Of a stretch of 64,000 nucleotides of DNA, positions 27,944 through 45,700 are shown piece after piece. The stretch's first letter is position 1. Each line of letters opens with the position of its first letter. This DNA is from the human T2T-CHM13v2.0 reference genome, Homo sapiens: assembly GCF_009914755.1 (NCBI RefSeq), contig NC_060926.1. The stretch is one strand, 5' to 3'. The position numbers and the translations under genes are program-made. Below the pieces are notes generated by a model. It did no database searches. It was not told the origin of the DNA and worked only from the letters and a program-made list of their open reading frames with translations.

Positions 27944-28130
27944 GGGTGGGAGGAAAGGGGAGGGAGAGCATTAAGACAAATACCTAATGCATGAGGGGCT
28001 TAAAACATAGATGATGGGTTGATAGGTGCAGCGAACCACCATGGCACATGTATACCTATGTAACAAACCTGCACATTCCACACATGTATCCCAGAACTTA
28101 AAGTAAAATTAAAAAAAAAAAAAGGAAAAG
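27944..28130 (+). mobile_element. Short L1PA8-L1PA10-like 3' end
   Basis: L1PA 3' UTR (atacctaatgcatgaggggcttaaaac...cccagaacttaaag); perfect 16-bp TSD aaagtttagaggtaga at 27928-27943 and 28131-28146. Confidence 0.92.
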
Positions 28131-29200
28131 AAAGTTTAGAGGTAGAATCAGTGACAGTAATAGTAATAATTAGTAACATTTATTGCCAGAGGCATTTATT
28201 TTATAATTTGGCTCTGGGTACTGTTCCCACATTTTATAGACGAGGAAACTAAAGCAAAGGGAGAGGACAAATAACATGTCAAGACATAGCTAGCAAGTGG
28301 CAAACCTAGATTTGAACCCAGATCTGTTTGGCTGCAACTGCTATGTTATAATAAAGAGAAGGGTAAGAAGAAAGTCAAAGATGACACAGTTTGGGTCACT
28401 GGGTGACAATGAACTGGCACTATCATTAAAAGATAGGATGTACTGAAGAAAGAACAGATTTGATGGCAAATAGGATGAGTTCAATCTATTTGCTTTAACT
28501 GTGAGGGTCATTAATTTCTAATAAGTTCCTACATTAGCGTGTGTTACAACATCACTGAACAAAGGAGAAAGGGACAAAGCAGTGCTTTAGTAGCTGATAT
28601 TTTAAAACCAGCTTTACAATGCTTTTGCAAATAACTAGTTTCATTAAAATGTATTTAGCTATAAAATTCTGCTGGAATGCTAATATGCCTTCTGCAAAGA
28701 AGTTATAGGTATTACTATAAGCTTCCATTTATTTTTCACATTCCACAACCAGGTTCACCTTCCATTTGGAGCATAGACTTCAGAATGTGATGCTACCACA
28801 CACATGTATTTGTTGCATATACCAATTCAATGCACCTGACCAAGATTAGAAAGATATCACTGTGGTATCAACTGTATTGTGTCCTCCCCAAAATTGATAT
28901 GTTAAAGCTTTAACTCCCCAGTATCTCAGAATGTGACTGTATTTAGAGATAGGGTCTTTAAAGAGTTAAAGTTAAAATGAGGTCATTAGGGTGGGCCCTA
29001 ATCAAATGTGATTGGTGTCCTGATAAGAAGAGATTAGAATACAGATGAAAGACTATGTGAAGACACAAGGAGGAGACAGCCATCTGCAAGCCAACAAGAG
29101 AAACCGAAGAAGAAATCAACCCTGCCAACACCTTGACCTTGGACTTTCAGCCTTCAGAACTGTGAGATAATAAATTTCTGTTGTTTAAAACACCAAGTCA

Positions 29201-30529
<1,329 letters not shown>

Positions 30530-31541
30530 ATGGGAAAAAAACAGAGCAGAAAAACTGGAAACTCTAAAAATCAGAGCGCCTCTCCTCCTCCAAAGGAATG
30601 CAGCTCCTCACCAGCAATGGAACAAAGCTGGACAGAGAATGACTTTGACGAGTTGAGAGAGGAAGGCTTCAGAAGATCAAACTACTCCGAGCTAAAGGAG
30701 GAAGTTTAAACCAATCGCAAAGAAGTTAAAAACTTGGAAAAAAAATTAGACAAATGGATAACTAGAATAACCAATGCAGACAAGTCCTTAAAGGACCTGA
30801 TGGAGCTGAAAACCATGGCACAAGAACTACATGACAAACGCACAAGCCTCAGTAACCGAAGCGATCAACTGGAAGAAAGGGTATCAGTGATGGAAGACAA
30901 AATGAATGAAATGAAACATGAAGAGAAGTTTAGAGAAAAAAGAATAAAAAGAAACAAAGTCTCCAAGAAATATGGAACTATGTGAAAAGACCAAATCTAC
31001 ATCTAATTGGTGTACCTGAAAGTGACGGAGAGAATGGAACCAAGTTGGAAAACACTCTGCAGGATATTATCCAGGAGAACTTCCCCAATCTAGCAAGGCA
31101 GGCCAACATTCAAATTCAGGAAATACAGAGAACGCCACAAAGATACTCCTCGAGAAGAGCAACTCCAAGACACATAATTGTCAGATTCTCCAAAGTTGAA
31201 ATGAAGGAAAAATGTTAAGGGCAGCCAGAGAGAAAGGTTGGGTTACCCACAAAGGGAAGCCCATCAGACTAACAGCTGATCTCTTGGCAGAAACTCTACA
31301 AGCCAGAAGGGAGTGGGGTCCAATATTCAACATTCTTAAAGAAAAGAATTTTCAACCCAGAATTTCATATCCAGCCAAACTGAGCTTCATAAGTGAAGGA
31401 GAAATAAAATCCTTTACAGACAAGCAAATGCTGAGAGATTTTGTCACCACCAGGCCTGCCCTAAAAGAGCTCCTGAAGGAAGCACTAAACATGGAAAAGA
31501 ACAACCGGTACCAGCCACTGCAAAAACATGCCAAATTGTAA
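30530..31541 (+). pseudogene. L1 ORF1p (RNA-binding chaperone), disrupted
   Basis: ATG GGA AAA AAA CAG at 30530; in-frame TAA at 30707-30709; frameshifts near 30955 and 31212; ORF-track pieces match ORF1p (RPNLHLIGVPE, YPAKLSF). Confidence 0.95.
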
Positions 31542-31589
31542 ACACCATTGAGGCTAGGAAGAAACTGCATCAACTAACAAGCAAAATAA

Positions 31590-35428
<3,839 letters not shown>

Positions 35429-36829
35429 ACAATGAGAACACATGGACACAGGAAGGGGAACATCACACACCGGGGACTGTTGTGGGGTGGGGGGAGGGGG
35501 AAGGGATAGCATTAGGAGATATACCTAATGCTAAATGACGAGTTAATGGGTGCAGCACACCAAAATGGCAGAAGTATACATATGTAACAAACCTGCACGT
35601 TGTGCACATGTATCCTAAAACTTAAAGAATAATAATAATACAAAAAAGTGACACCCAGTCTGTGGTACTTTGTTATGACAGCCCTAATAGACTAATACAT
35701 ACTGCATATTCACATTACCATCCAGGAATTATGATTACCATTGGCTAATATTGTAGTGATTTGTGCAACATTAATAGGATTAGTAAGGGTCACTATAAAA
35801 TGATTATAAAATTTGTGTGAATAGCATCTGAGATCTTGGTAAAATTATCCTCGGGCTCTTATTTATTGAATTAACTAACTACCTATCTCTCCTTCACTGT
35901 AGTCCCATTCTCTTCATTGAAGGGACCTCTTCTATTACACATAATGAGTGCAGATGTGAGTGTGGGAAACACTATTTGTACTCTGCTCTTGTGATGCCAC
36001 ATGAGGTAGAGTTCTGCTGGTGCATGGCCTCAACTTTCTGTCTACCATATCACAGTGGCAGGGATCTTCTATACTTGAGCTCCTTTTTGTAAATTATCAG
36101 CTAGAAGACAGCCCTAGAAGTTGATGAATCCTCTTTCTGAAAAGGTGGGGTAAAGCAACACAATATGTGGAACTGGGAACATCAGTGTGAATTTGATTCC
36201 CACTTGATTCCATGACCTGGCCACGAAAATATCAGAATGGTTCTAGAGTTATTGCATTAGTGCCAGAAAACAGAAATGCTTTTCAAAATATCAAGAGCAA
36301 TGTCAAAAGCACAAAGTTTAACAAGTTTAGCATTAAGCAAAGTAAAAACAGATTTCTTTACACATTCAGATTCTCAGACATTAATAGGAAAATCAGCACA
36401 AATGAATGGACAATGATTTATAAGCCAATCTCATGGGAAATAGGTATTTCCCCACTATAATGTTCACGAAGCTATAGAAGGATGAAACAATGAAAAACCA
36501 ATGAGGCTGATAATGAAAATCAGCAGATCAAAGTTTTGCTCCAGTTTATATCAGCACCTCCAGAGCAGATGTCATTGTTAAAGTCAGAAAAGCCTTATCA
36601 TAGTGTTCTTCTTTGGAAAGTAGTTGCTATAAAAAAGAAAACATTTACTGTTAATTTACTTGAAGATTAATGTATGCTTTTATGTAATTTTTATTGTTTT
36701 TCATTAAAAATACATTTATTACTTCAATTAAAAAGTAGGGAGGCAATTGCTTCCTAAGGTTATATATCAGAACCAAAGTGTAATCACTAAAAATAACCAT
36801 TTTAATTTTTGATTCCATGGTATATATTT

Positions 36830-39800
36830 TCTTTTTAATTAAAATATAATACAGATGTAAAAATGCACAAATCAAAGGACACAGATTGATGAATTATTCA
36901 CAGTAAACATACCTGTGTAATCACCACTCAGGTCAAGAAATGTAATATATACAGCACCCAAGCAGTCCCTCTCAACATCTAAGCTTCTCTATACCTCAAA
37001 AATAATTTTCTATGCTGATTTCTAATGCAATTTTGAAGCTTACATAAAGGGAATTATAAAGTATGTAATCTTGTGTATCTGTCATCTTTTAGTCAACACT
37101 TTGTGAGATTCATTTATACTGTTAAATAAAACTGTTCATCTTCATTATATAATATTTCATTGTATAAATATATAAAAAGTATTCTACAGTTGGTCTTTTT
37201 AAGTTTTATCATTTTGTTGCTGTTATTATCAATGTTGCACATCTACTTATTAGATAGCACAAACGTGCATACATTTCTATTGGACATATACTTAGGAATG
37301 AAACTGTTGGGACATAGGTTATAAATCTATTCATGTAGTAGTTAACACTAAACAGCTTGACAAAGTGGTTAAAATATATATTCTCATCAGCAACGCATGG
37401 GATTTCTAGTTGTTCCGTATCAACATCTGCCTTTGTATTCCTGGGATAAACCCCACTGGGCCAAAACATATTGCTGTTTTTATATATTGCTAGATTCAAT
37501 AAACTAATATTTGGTTAAAGATTTTTGCATCTATATAAATGAGGGATTTTGGTTAGTAATATTATTTTCTTGTATTTATCTGGTTTTGGTTTCAGAACTA
37601 TTCTCGCCTTACACAATGAGTTGGATAGTGGGCTCTCTTCCTGTTTCTGATTTAAGTTTCTGTGTCTGTTTAACATTGATATTGGTTTTTGTTTGAATAA
37701 TTGTTAAAATGCACTAATGAAGTTTACTAGGCCTGGAATTTTCCTTGTAGATTCTAATTACAAATTCAATTTTATTAATAGGACTATTGAGAAGTTTTTA
37801 TGCCTTCTTGTTTTCACATTGGTAATTTATATCTTTTAAGAAATTCTTTCATCTAAATGCTTGAATTTACTGGCATAAAGTTGTTCATAATATCCCCTTT
37901 TTTAAAAAAAAATTCATAGTTTCTATGGTGGTTTGCTTTTTTTCATCCTTAATATTGGTATTTTGGGTTTTATCTCTTGTTTACTTAATCTAGTTGTTTT
38001 CAGAAAACAAAATTTTAGTTGTATTTATTTTCTTTTCTCTATTTTCTGTTTCTTTGGTGTCTATTCTTGTCATTTTCTTTCTTCTATGTTCTTTGCTCTT
38101 TGTTTCTTAGCTCAAGATATAAAATTTAGAAGATTTATTTTAAAATACTTCTTTTTTGTAATGTCAACATTTAAAGCTATATAGTTAAATGCTCTAGCTG
38201 TACCCCAAAGATTTGATATAATATGCTTTTGACATCCAATACAAAATACTTTCCAATTTCCCTTATAACTTCTTTTTTGTCTCATGAGATATTTAAATGT
38301 ATGTTGCTTAATTTCCAGATAATTGGTTTTCTCTAGTTATGTTTTTATTATCAGTCTCCAATTTAATTTCTTAGTAGTTAGAGAAAATATTTTGTATGGT
38401 TTTTATCATTTGTAATTTATTGAGCTATGTTTTAGGAGCCATTATATAGCGAATCTTGGTGAATATGTTTTGTGAATTTGAAAAGGGTTCTGCTATTCTT
38501 AGGTGGAATGTTTTACAGATATCAATTAGATCAATTTGGTTGATGGTACAGTTTAGTTCTTCTATATCCATACCAACTTCTATTCTGTATTGAGAGATGA
38601 ATGCTGGAATCTCCAACTAGAATAATTGATTTGTTTATTTATCGCTTTAGCTCTAACAGTTTTTGCTTTATCTATTTTGAAGCTCTGTTTTTTACCTATA
38701 CTTTTAGTATTTTTATGTCTTTGAGGAATTAACATTTTCTAATTATGAAATCTCCCTTTTTCTCTCGGTTAATACTCATTGTCTTGAAGTCTACACTATC
38801 AGATAAAATAGCCACCCCTAATTTTTTATAGTGTATCATACATGTCTTTTTCTTCCTTTTAACCTATCTCCATCATGTCTTTTTCTTCCTTTTAACCTAT
38901 CTCCATCTTTATATCTAAATGACATTTCTTATGTATAGTATAAGGTTAACGCTTGCTTTTTACCTAACCTGATAATTTCTCCATTTTAACTAAAGTGTTT
39001 AGTCATTTATGCAACTCTAGTTCTTTAAAAAATTAATTTTTATAACTACTGAGCTGAAGTGTACAATTATACAATTTTTTATTTGTCATTTTTGTAATTT
39101 GTTCCTTTTTAAATTCTTTTCCAGCCTTTTTGGAGAGCAATTGAATTTCTTTTAGCTTTTCATTTTATCTTTTCTATTGGTTTTCGGTTATTGCTCTAAT
39201 TTTTTTAAGTGGTTGCTCTAAGGATTGTAATATGCATCCTTAATTTCTGACTTTCAGCCCTGAATTACCACTATAATGGTAATTCACTTCATGTATAATG
39301 TAAGAAACTTGCAACAATATGCTTCCATTTGCGCACTCCACCCTTTGTGCTATTGTTGTTGCATATTTAACTTGTACGTATGTTATATTTCATTTGGCAT
39401 TTTCCTTACAAACTAAAAAAAAAGAAAAAAGAAAAATCCCTCTACCATTTCTTAGAACATAGGTTTACTACTAACAAATTCTCTCAGATTTTGTTTGTCT
39501 GAAAATGTTTTTATTTTGCCTTCATTTTTAAAGGAATTTTTGATAGATACAAAATTCTAGTTTGACAGTTTTGTTCTTCTTTCAGCACTTTAGAGATGTC
39601 TTTCTGTTGTCTTCTGGCTTGCATTTTTTCTAATGAGAAGTTAGTTTCTATTCTTACCCTTGTGACCCTGTATATAATGTGTCTTTTTTTCACTGACTGC
39701 TTTTCAGATTTCTTCTTTGCCTTTCAGCCATTTGAAGATGATATGCTAGATGTGGTTTTCTTTGTGTTTATCCTGCTTGGGTTATGAGTACCTTTGATCT

Positions 39801-40200
39801 CCACATAGATATTTATCACTGAATTTTTGGAAAGTAAGTTGGCTGTGTTTCTGAAAATACTTTTCTGTTCCAATATCTCTCTCTTCTTCTTTTGAGACTC
39901 CAATTACACATATGTTATAATGGTCTTACATTATTCTTCAAACAACTAATAGGTTGTTCATTTATTTTAGTCTGTTTTCTCTCTGTGCTTCAGTCTGGAT
40001 AGTTTCTATTGCCCTGTCTTTAAATTGACTGACTGTTTTGTCTGAAGTCTCCATTGTACTGTTGACCATCAAGTCAATTTTTTATTTCATATATTGACCT
40101 TTCCAGTTCAGAATTTCCAGTTAGTAGTATTTTATAGTTAATATTTCTCTGCTGAGATTCCCTCATCTCTTTAGTTATTATGTCTTTCACTTTAAATGCT
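36830..40200 (-). mobile_element. Ancient L1ME/L1M fragments (3' UTR, ORF2, ORF1)
   Basis: Antisense L1M; minus-strand ORFs resemble L1 (DIEELNCTINQIDLIDI; NFSLEKMQARRQ). Confidence 0.75.
38841..38906. repeat. Perfect 33-bp tandem duplication
   Basis: catgtctttttcttccttttaacctatctccat x2. Confidence 0.97.
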
Positions 40201-40334
40201 AAAACAGAGTCTTTGAGGTCCTGTGGTTACTTAAAGAACTCAGGAACCTCGATGGTAAACTTTTTAATTTCCATATGGCCAGCTGCTCAGCATGATATTC
40301 AGGTCATGGGCTCCTTTTATGAAACATCTAATTC

Positions 40335-42790
40335 TCTTAAAAACTGTATGAAGGTGAAATTCACATACCATGAAATTAACCATTTTAATGGCAACTCAAT
40401 GGCATTGAAGACAATCAAAATGGTATACAACCATCACCTCTGTATAATTCCAATATATTTTTATTACTCCAAAATAAAACTCTTTACCCATTAAACAGAT
40501 TCTCCCTATTCCTTCTATATCCCCCAGAAACCACAAAACTGTGTTCTGTCTCTAAAGATTTATCTCTTCTGGATATTTCATGTAAATGGCATCATATATA
40601 TGTGATCTGTCTGGCTTATTTTCACTTAGCATAATGTTTGAAGATACATCACATTGTGAAATGTATCAGTACTTCATTAAATTTATGGTTGAATAATATT
40701 TCAACCATAATGAATTAATGAACAGCGCGCTTATCCATTCATCTGTTAATGGACATTTGGATTACTTTCACCTTTTCACTTGTGAATAATGCTGCTATTA
40801 ATATGTATGTACAAATACTTGTTTGAAAGCCTGTTTTCAATTCTTTTGGATATATTCCAAGGGGTAGAATTGTAGGATTAGGTGGTAATTTTATGTTTAA
40901 CTTATTGAGGAACTTCCAAACTGTTTTCCACAGTGGCTGAAAAATTTTACATTCTCACAGCAATATATGAGGATTCCAAATTCTTTATAGCCTTGCTAAC
41001 ATTTGGTATTTTCCTTTAAAAAAAAATTTAGGCATACTAGTGGGAAGAAAGTGGTACTTCATTGTGGTTTTGATTTATATTTGAATAATGATTAATGATG
41101 TTGAGCATCTTTTCAAGGGGCTTGTTGGCTATTTGTTTATCTTTGCAGAAATGTCTACTCAAGTTTTCTGCCCTTTTTAAATAGAATTGTTTGTCATATT
41201 GTTGTTGAGTTGTGAGTGTTCTTTATATGTTCTGGATAATAGAACCCTACCAAATATATAATTTGCAAATATTTTTCCCATTTTGTAGGATTTTTTCTCT
41301 ATCAATAAGTTTTTTTGATATACAAAAGTTTAAAATTTTGATTAAGTCCAATTTACCTAATTTTTCTCTGTTGCCCATGTTTTTGACATCATATCTAGAA
41401 ACCACTGCCAAATACTAGACCATAAAATTTTTCCTTCATGGTTTTTGCTTTTATTTGTCGGTCATTGATCAATTTTGAGTTAATTACTTTAATGTGGTGT
41501 AAGGTAGGGTTTCAATTTCATTTTTTTTCCATATGGATATCCAGATGTCCCACACAATTTTTTGATAAGAGTATTCCTTATCTTTTGAATGGTTTGGCAT
41601 CCTTGTTGAAATCAATTGGCCATAAGCATAAGGATTTATTTCTATACTCTCAGTTGTATTCCACTGGTTTATATGTCTGTCCTTATGCCAGTACCATACT
41701 GTTTTGATTAATATTGGTTTATAGTAAGTTATAGTAGGAAATATAAGTCCTCCAAATTTGTTATTTTTCAACTTGATTTTGGCTCTTCAGTATCCCTGGC
41801 AATTCCACAACTATTTGAGAATCAGCATTTCTGTTTCTGCAAAGAAGTCTGCTAGAATTTGTATAGGGATTAGATTGAATCTGAAGATCACTTTGGACTG
41901 CCCAAACTAACATCTTAAGAAAAAAAAAAAGACTGGGCCTGGTTGCTCATGCCTATAATCCCAGCACTTTGAGAGCCCAAAATGGGCAGATCACTTGAGG
42001 TCAGGAGTTCAAGACCAGCCGGGCCAACATGGCACCCGTCTCTATTAAAAATACAAAAATTAGCTGGGTGTGGGTGTGGTGGTACATGCCTGTAATCCCA
42101 GCTCCTCGGGAGGCTGAGGCATGAGAATCTCTTGAACCTGGGAGGCAGAAGTTACAGCAAGCTGAGATTGGACCACTGTGCTCCAGCCTGGGTGACAGAG
42201 CTAGACTCTGTCTCAAAATAAATAAATAAATAAAAAGAAAAAAAGAAAAAAGAAAAAAAAAGTTGACATCTTAAGAAAATTGTCTTCCAATTCATAACAC
42301 AGGATGTCTTCCCAATTTATTAGGTTTTAATTTCTTTCAGCAATGTCTTATACTTTTCATTGTATAAATCTTTCTCCTCATTGCTTAAATTTATTCCTAG
42401 AATTTAATTTTTGACTATTATTATAAATTGATTTGTTTTCTTAATTTTATTATCAGATTTCTCATTGTTGATATATATAAATAACTTACTTTTGCATGTT
42501 TAACTTGTACCCTGCAATTTTGTTAAATTCATTAATTAGATCTGATAGCTTTTCTTGTGGATTGTTTGAAATTTTTTTATATATAGGATTATGTCATTTG
42601 TGAATAGAGAGTTTTACATCCTTTGCACGTTGGACACCTTTTATTTCTTTTTCCTGCCTAATTACTCTGGCTAGAATTTCTAGTACAATGTTGAATACCA
42701 GCAATTAACATGGGCATTTTCTAATCTGAGGTGGAAAAATTCAGTTTTTGTTTTTTAGCATTGATGTTAGCTATGGATTTCTCACAAATG
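40335..42790 (-). mobile_element. L1MB-like 3' end and ORF2 fragment, interrupted by an Alu
   Basis: gtgaaattcacataccatgaaattaaccatttt 3' UTR; minus ORF 41484-41771 (YYK..IKTVWYWHKDRHINQWN). Confidence 0.85.
41931..42260 (+). mobile_element. AluSz-like, diverged
   Basis: Alu dimer with gatcacttgagg; acatcttaagaaaa present on both flanks. Confidence 0.93.
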
Positions 42791-45700
42791 CCCAGTTGTC
42801 CATTTGATTAGCAATGTTTTAAATCTATTTTTTGCAAAGGCTCCATTCCTTCTCATGTGTCATCAGTAAAAGGCCTTTTTCTTTAGCTTGTATTCAGGAA
42901 ATGTTTTGGCAGAGATTCCCTTGAACATCAGTACTTAGTCCATTTACAACTCTGCTTTAGCCATAGCTTTCTGCTTGTATTGAGCCTAGAGATCAACCAA
43001 AGATGAAAGCTGAGGGTTTTCTCAGGTCCTTTCTGACCAAGCATCCAATCCTAGGCAGGTATGTGGCTTTGTACATTCTCCAATACACATGGATACATTT
43101 AAATGCCCTAATTTTCCGAAGAAACTCTCTTCTCAGATTTTACTCCCAGACTTCAGGCTATAGATTTTATATCTCAACAATAATGTATTGTCCCAGGTTG
43201 TGACAGGTTTTTCATTTGCCATATAATGTTTTTTGTGCAGTGAACCTGGCTTTTCTGCCATTAACTGAGTTCCAAGTTAAGCAAAACAAAACAAGTCCTT
43301 TGTGTCAATCCTTCAGGCAGTCCACAGTTTAGAACAAATAAATGCAATCATTTACATCACTCCCTTCTAAGTTAAAGAAGCCATAGAAACGCCTTATTCA
43401 AGAATATCAGACAGTCGATACCAATACCTGAGACCTCTCCCCAATATAATAGCTGAAACCATTTATCACACAGCTAAAATCTGACTTTATTTAGCTCTAA
43501 TGTTTTATATTTAAAATGCCCGCTTAACATCATGTATCCATATATGTCCTCAATGATGTTACCTATATACTGTAACTGCACTCATTCTGCACTCATGTTC
43601 TTGTTCCTATCCTCACTACACAAGAATTCAGTGCATTACACCTTTAAGAAAACATAATCATCACTTTATTTTTATTCGATCACCCATCTTATTTCTACAG
43701 GTCTTTACAGAGAGGGTGAGTCTTATTTTCAAAATATGTGAGCAGAAATGTCTCTTAAAATAAAGTTTTATCTGTGCAGCTCTTCCTGTAAGCATTATTT
43801 TAAAACTGTAATTTGGTAGAAAAATTTCTACAGAATGAGGTGGATCTAGACTTGTCATGCTGGTTCCCAAGCTCCTTTTGTGATTATCTACTTTTGGCAC
43901 CTTTCCAAGGATCACACTGAGACATCTTATGTGGTTTATAATGTGTTTATAGTTTTAATGTTTAATGAGCTTAGCCATGGGGACCTCCTAGAAAATGAAG
44001 ATCTCATTTAGGGCATTAATTGCTTCCTGCTTTAAGAACTCAAGAAAACGTCCCTTCTGCCAGTTTTCTCCTCAGTTCACTTCACCTAATTTGTTCAGCA
44101 AAAGTTTATGTGCAAATATTGTGTCCAAATCACCCTGACGGAGGGGCAGTACACAATCTGGAAATAATAGAGAATTAATCTAATTGTTGGAGTATTAAAA
44201 TGGCCATAACCACCTAAGGTGAGAGAATTAGTTTCAATAACTACTGTGACTAGAGATCAAATGATAATACAAGCTCATAAAAGAGAAAAAAGCAGCATCA
44301 ATTTATTTCTGCTGCATTAGTACAGTGAAAATAAATACCACAGAGTAAGAGAGATATACTTTAAACAGAGGTAATTTGGCCCACCCACCTAACATGAGGA
44401 TAAATGCCAGCCTAAGAGCCCTAACAGAATAAATTTTGAGGGGCTGGAGATTCCATGTTTGTAGTGAGTTCTAGAGTTAAAGCTTAATGCCATTAAAGTT
44501 GTACTTGCTGCTTATATTTCTTTGTACCTTTCCATGCAGGTGTGACCCTAGTGGAAAGGTTAGATGAAAGTGAAAACAATCTTATTACAACTTCCCATCT
44601 ATTGGTTTCAATTCTACGTTTGAAGCTTCCACCTAGAAAAATGTTATCCGTAGATAAAACTTCAGCCCTGAAATGTTTGAAGTCAGCTGGCATGTCCCAG
44701 CCCCCTCTTTTTTCTCTTTCTTCAAAACAAAAGAAGTCTTGTGTGTTGTGAGATAAGTGATCTGTAGGTATGGAGGGAAAAAGCAGTCTCAATTCCTGGC
44801 TATCAGGTACCTCAAATATATAGAGGGGAAGCACTAGCATGCTTATAGAGTGACCCTATAGCAAAATGGGCTTCTGAGTGTGCTGCTGGAAAGGGCGAAT
44901 TGTCCCAAATGCATGCTCACCCCTAACTTTTGAGGGGAAGAGTACAGAACCTGCTTTCCAGTGATGCCAGCAGACTGAACTTCTTCCTCAGGCCGTCCCC
45001 TTTCCTTGCCTTGATGACCCTGTAATGGATGTGGTTTATTATAGGCATATGCCTTGGGTAACAGTCATTTTGATTAAGCTATAAACCTACCCTCTTGTGA
45101 CGAGGAAATAGTCAGGCTTTCAATTCCTGTGGAGAGGACAGACTATAGGGCAAGCCAATTTAGTTTAAATAATTTACAGATACCCAGTGAGAAGATTACC
45201 CCCTAAATATTTAAGGCCTTGAAGGAACAAGTTATTCCTAGTTGTTCAATGTTTTCTTTCTGGGAGAATTGCCTTGAGGGCAAATGCTGACTCATCGGTG
45301 ACTCTATTTAAGGCCTTGAGTCTCAGAACTTAGACTCTGGGCACAATCACAGGACTGGAAAACAAAATGGCCAAGATTCTTCTTGTCTGATGTCTCCACA
45401 GAAATGGATCTCTTGTCTACAGATAACTGTGTATCCTGTGAGATATAATATTCTAGTATGTAATATGTGCCGGTATCTAGCATACTCTGAGTGAGAGCCT
45501 GAAAATTATCATATGCAATTAATTGATTAATGAAAATACATTTAAGGAAGGCTATGTTATGCCAAGTGTAGTAAGATACAAAAAAAATACAAGAAACTGT
45601 CACTATTTCAAAAGCATGCTCTCAAATCAGTGAATCTGACTGATGAATAATTTGAAATATAAGCTAAAAACATTATGAGTAGGTAAGATAAATGAATTAG

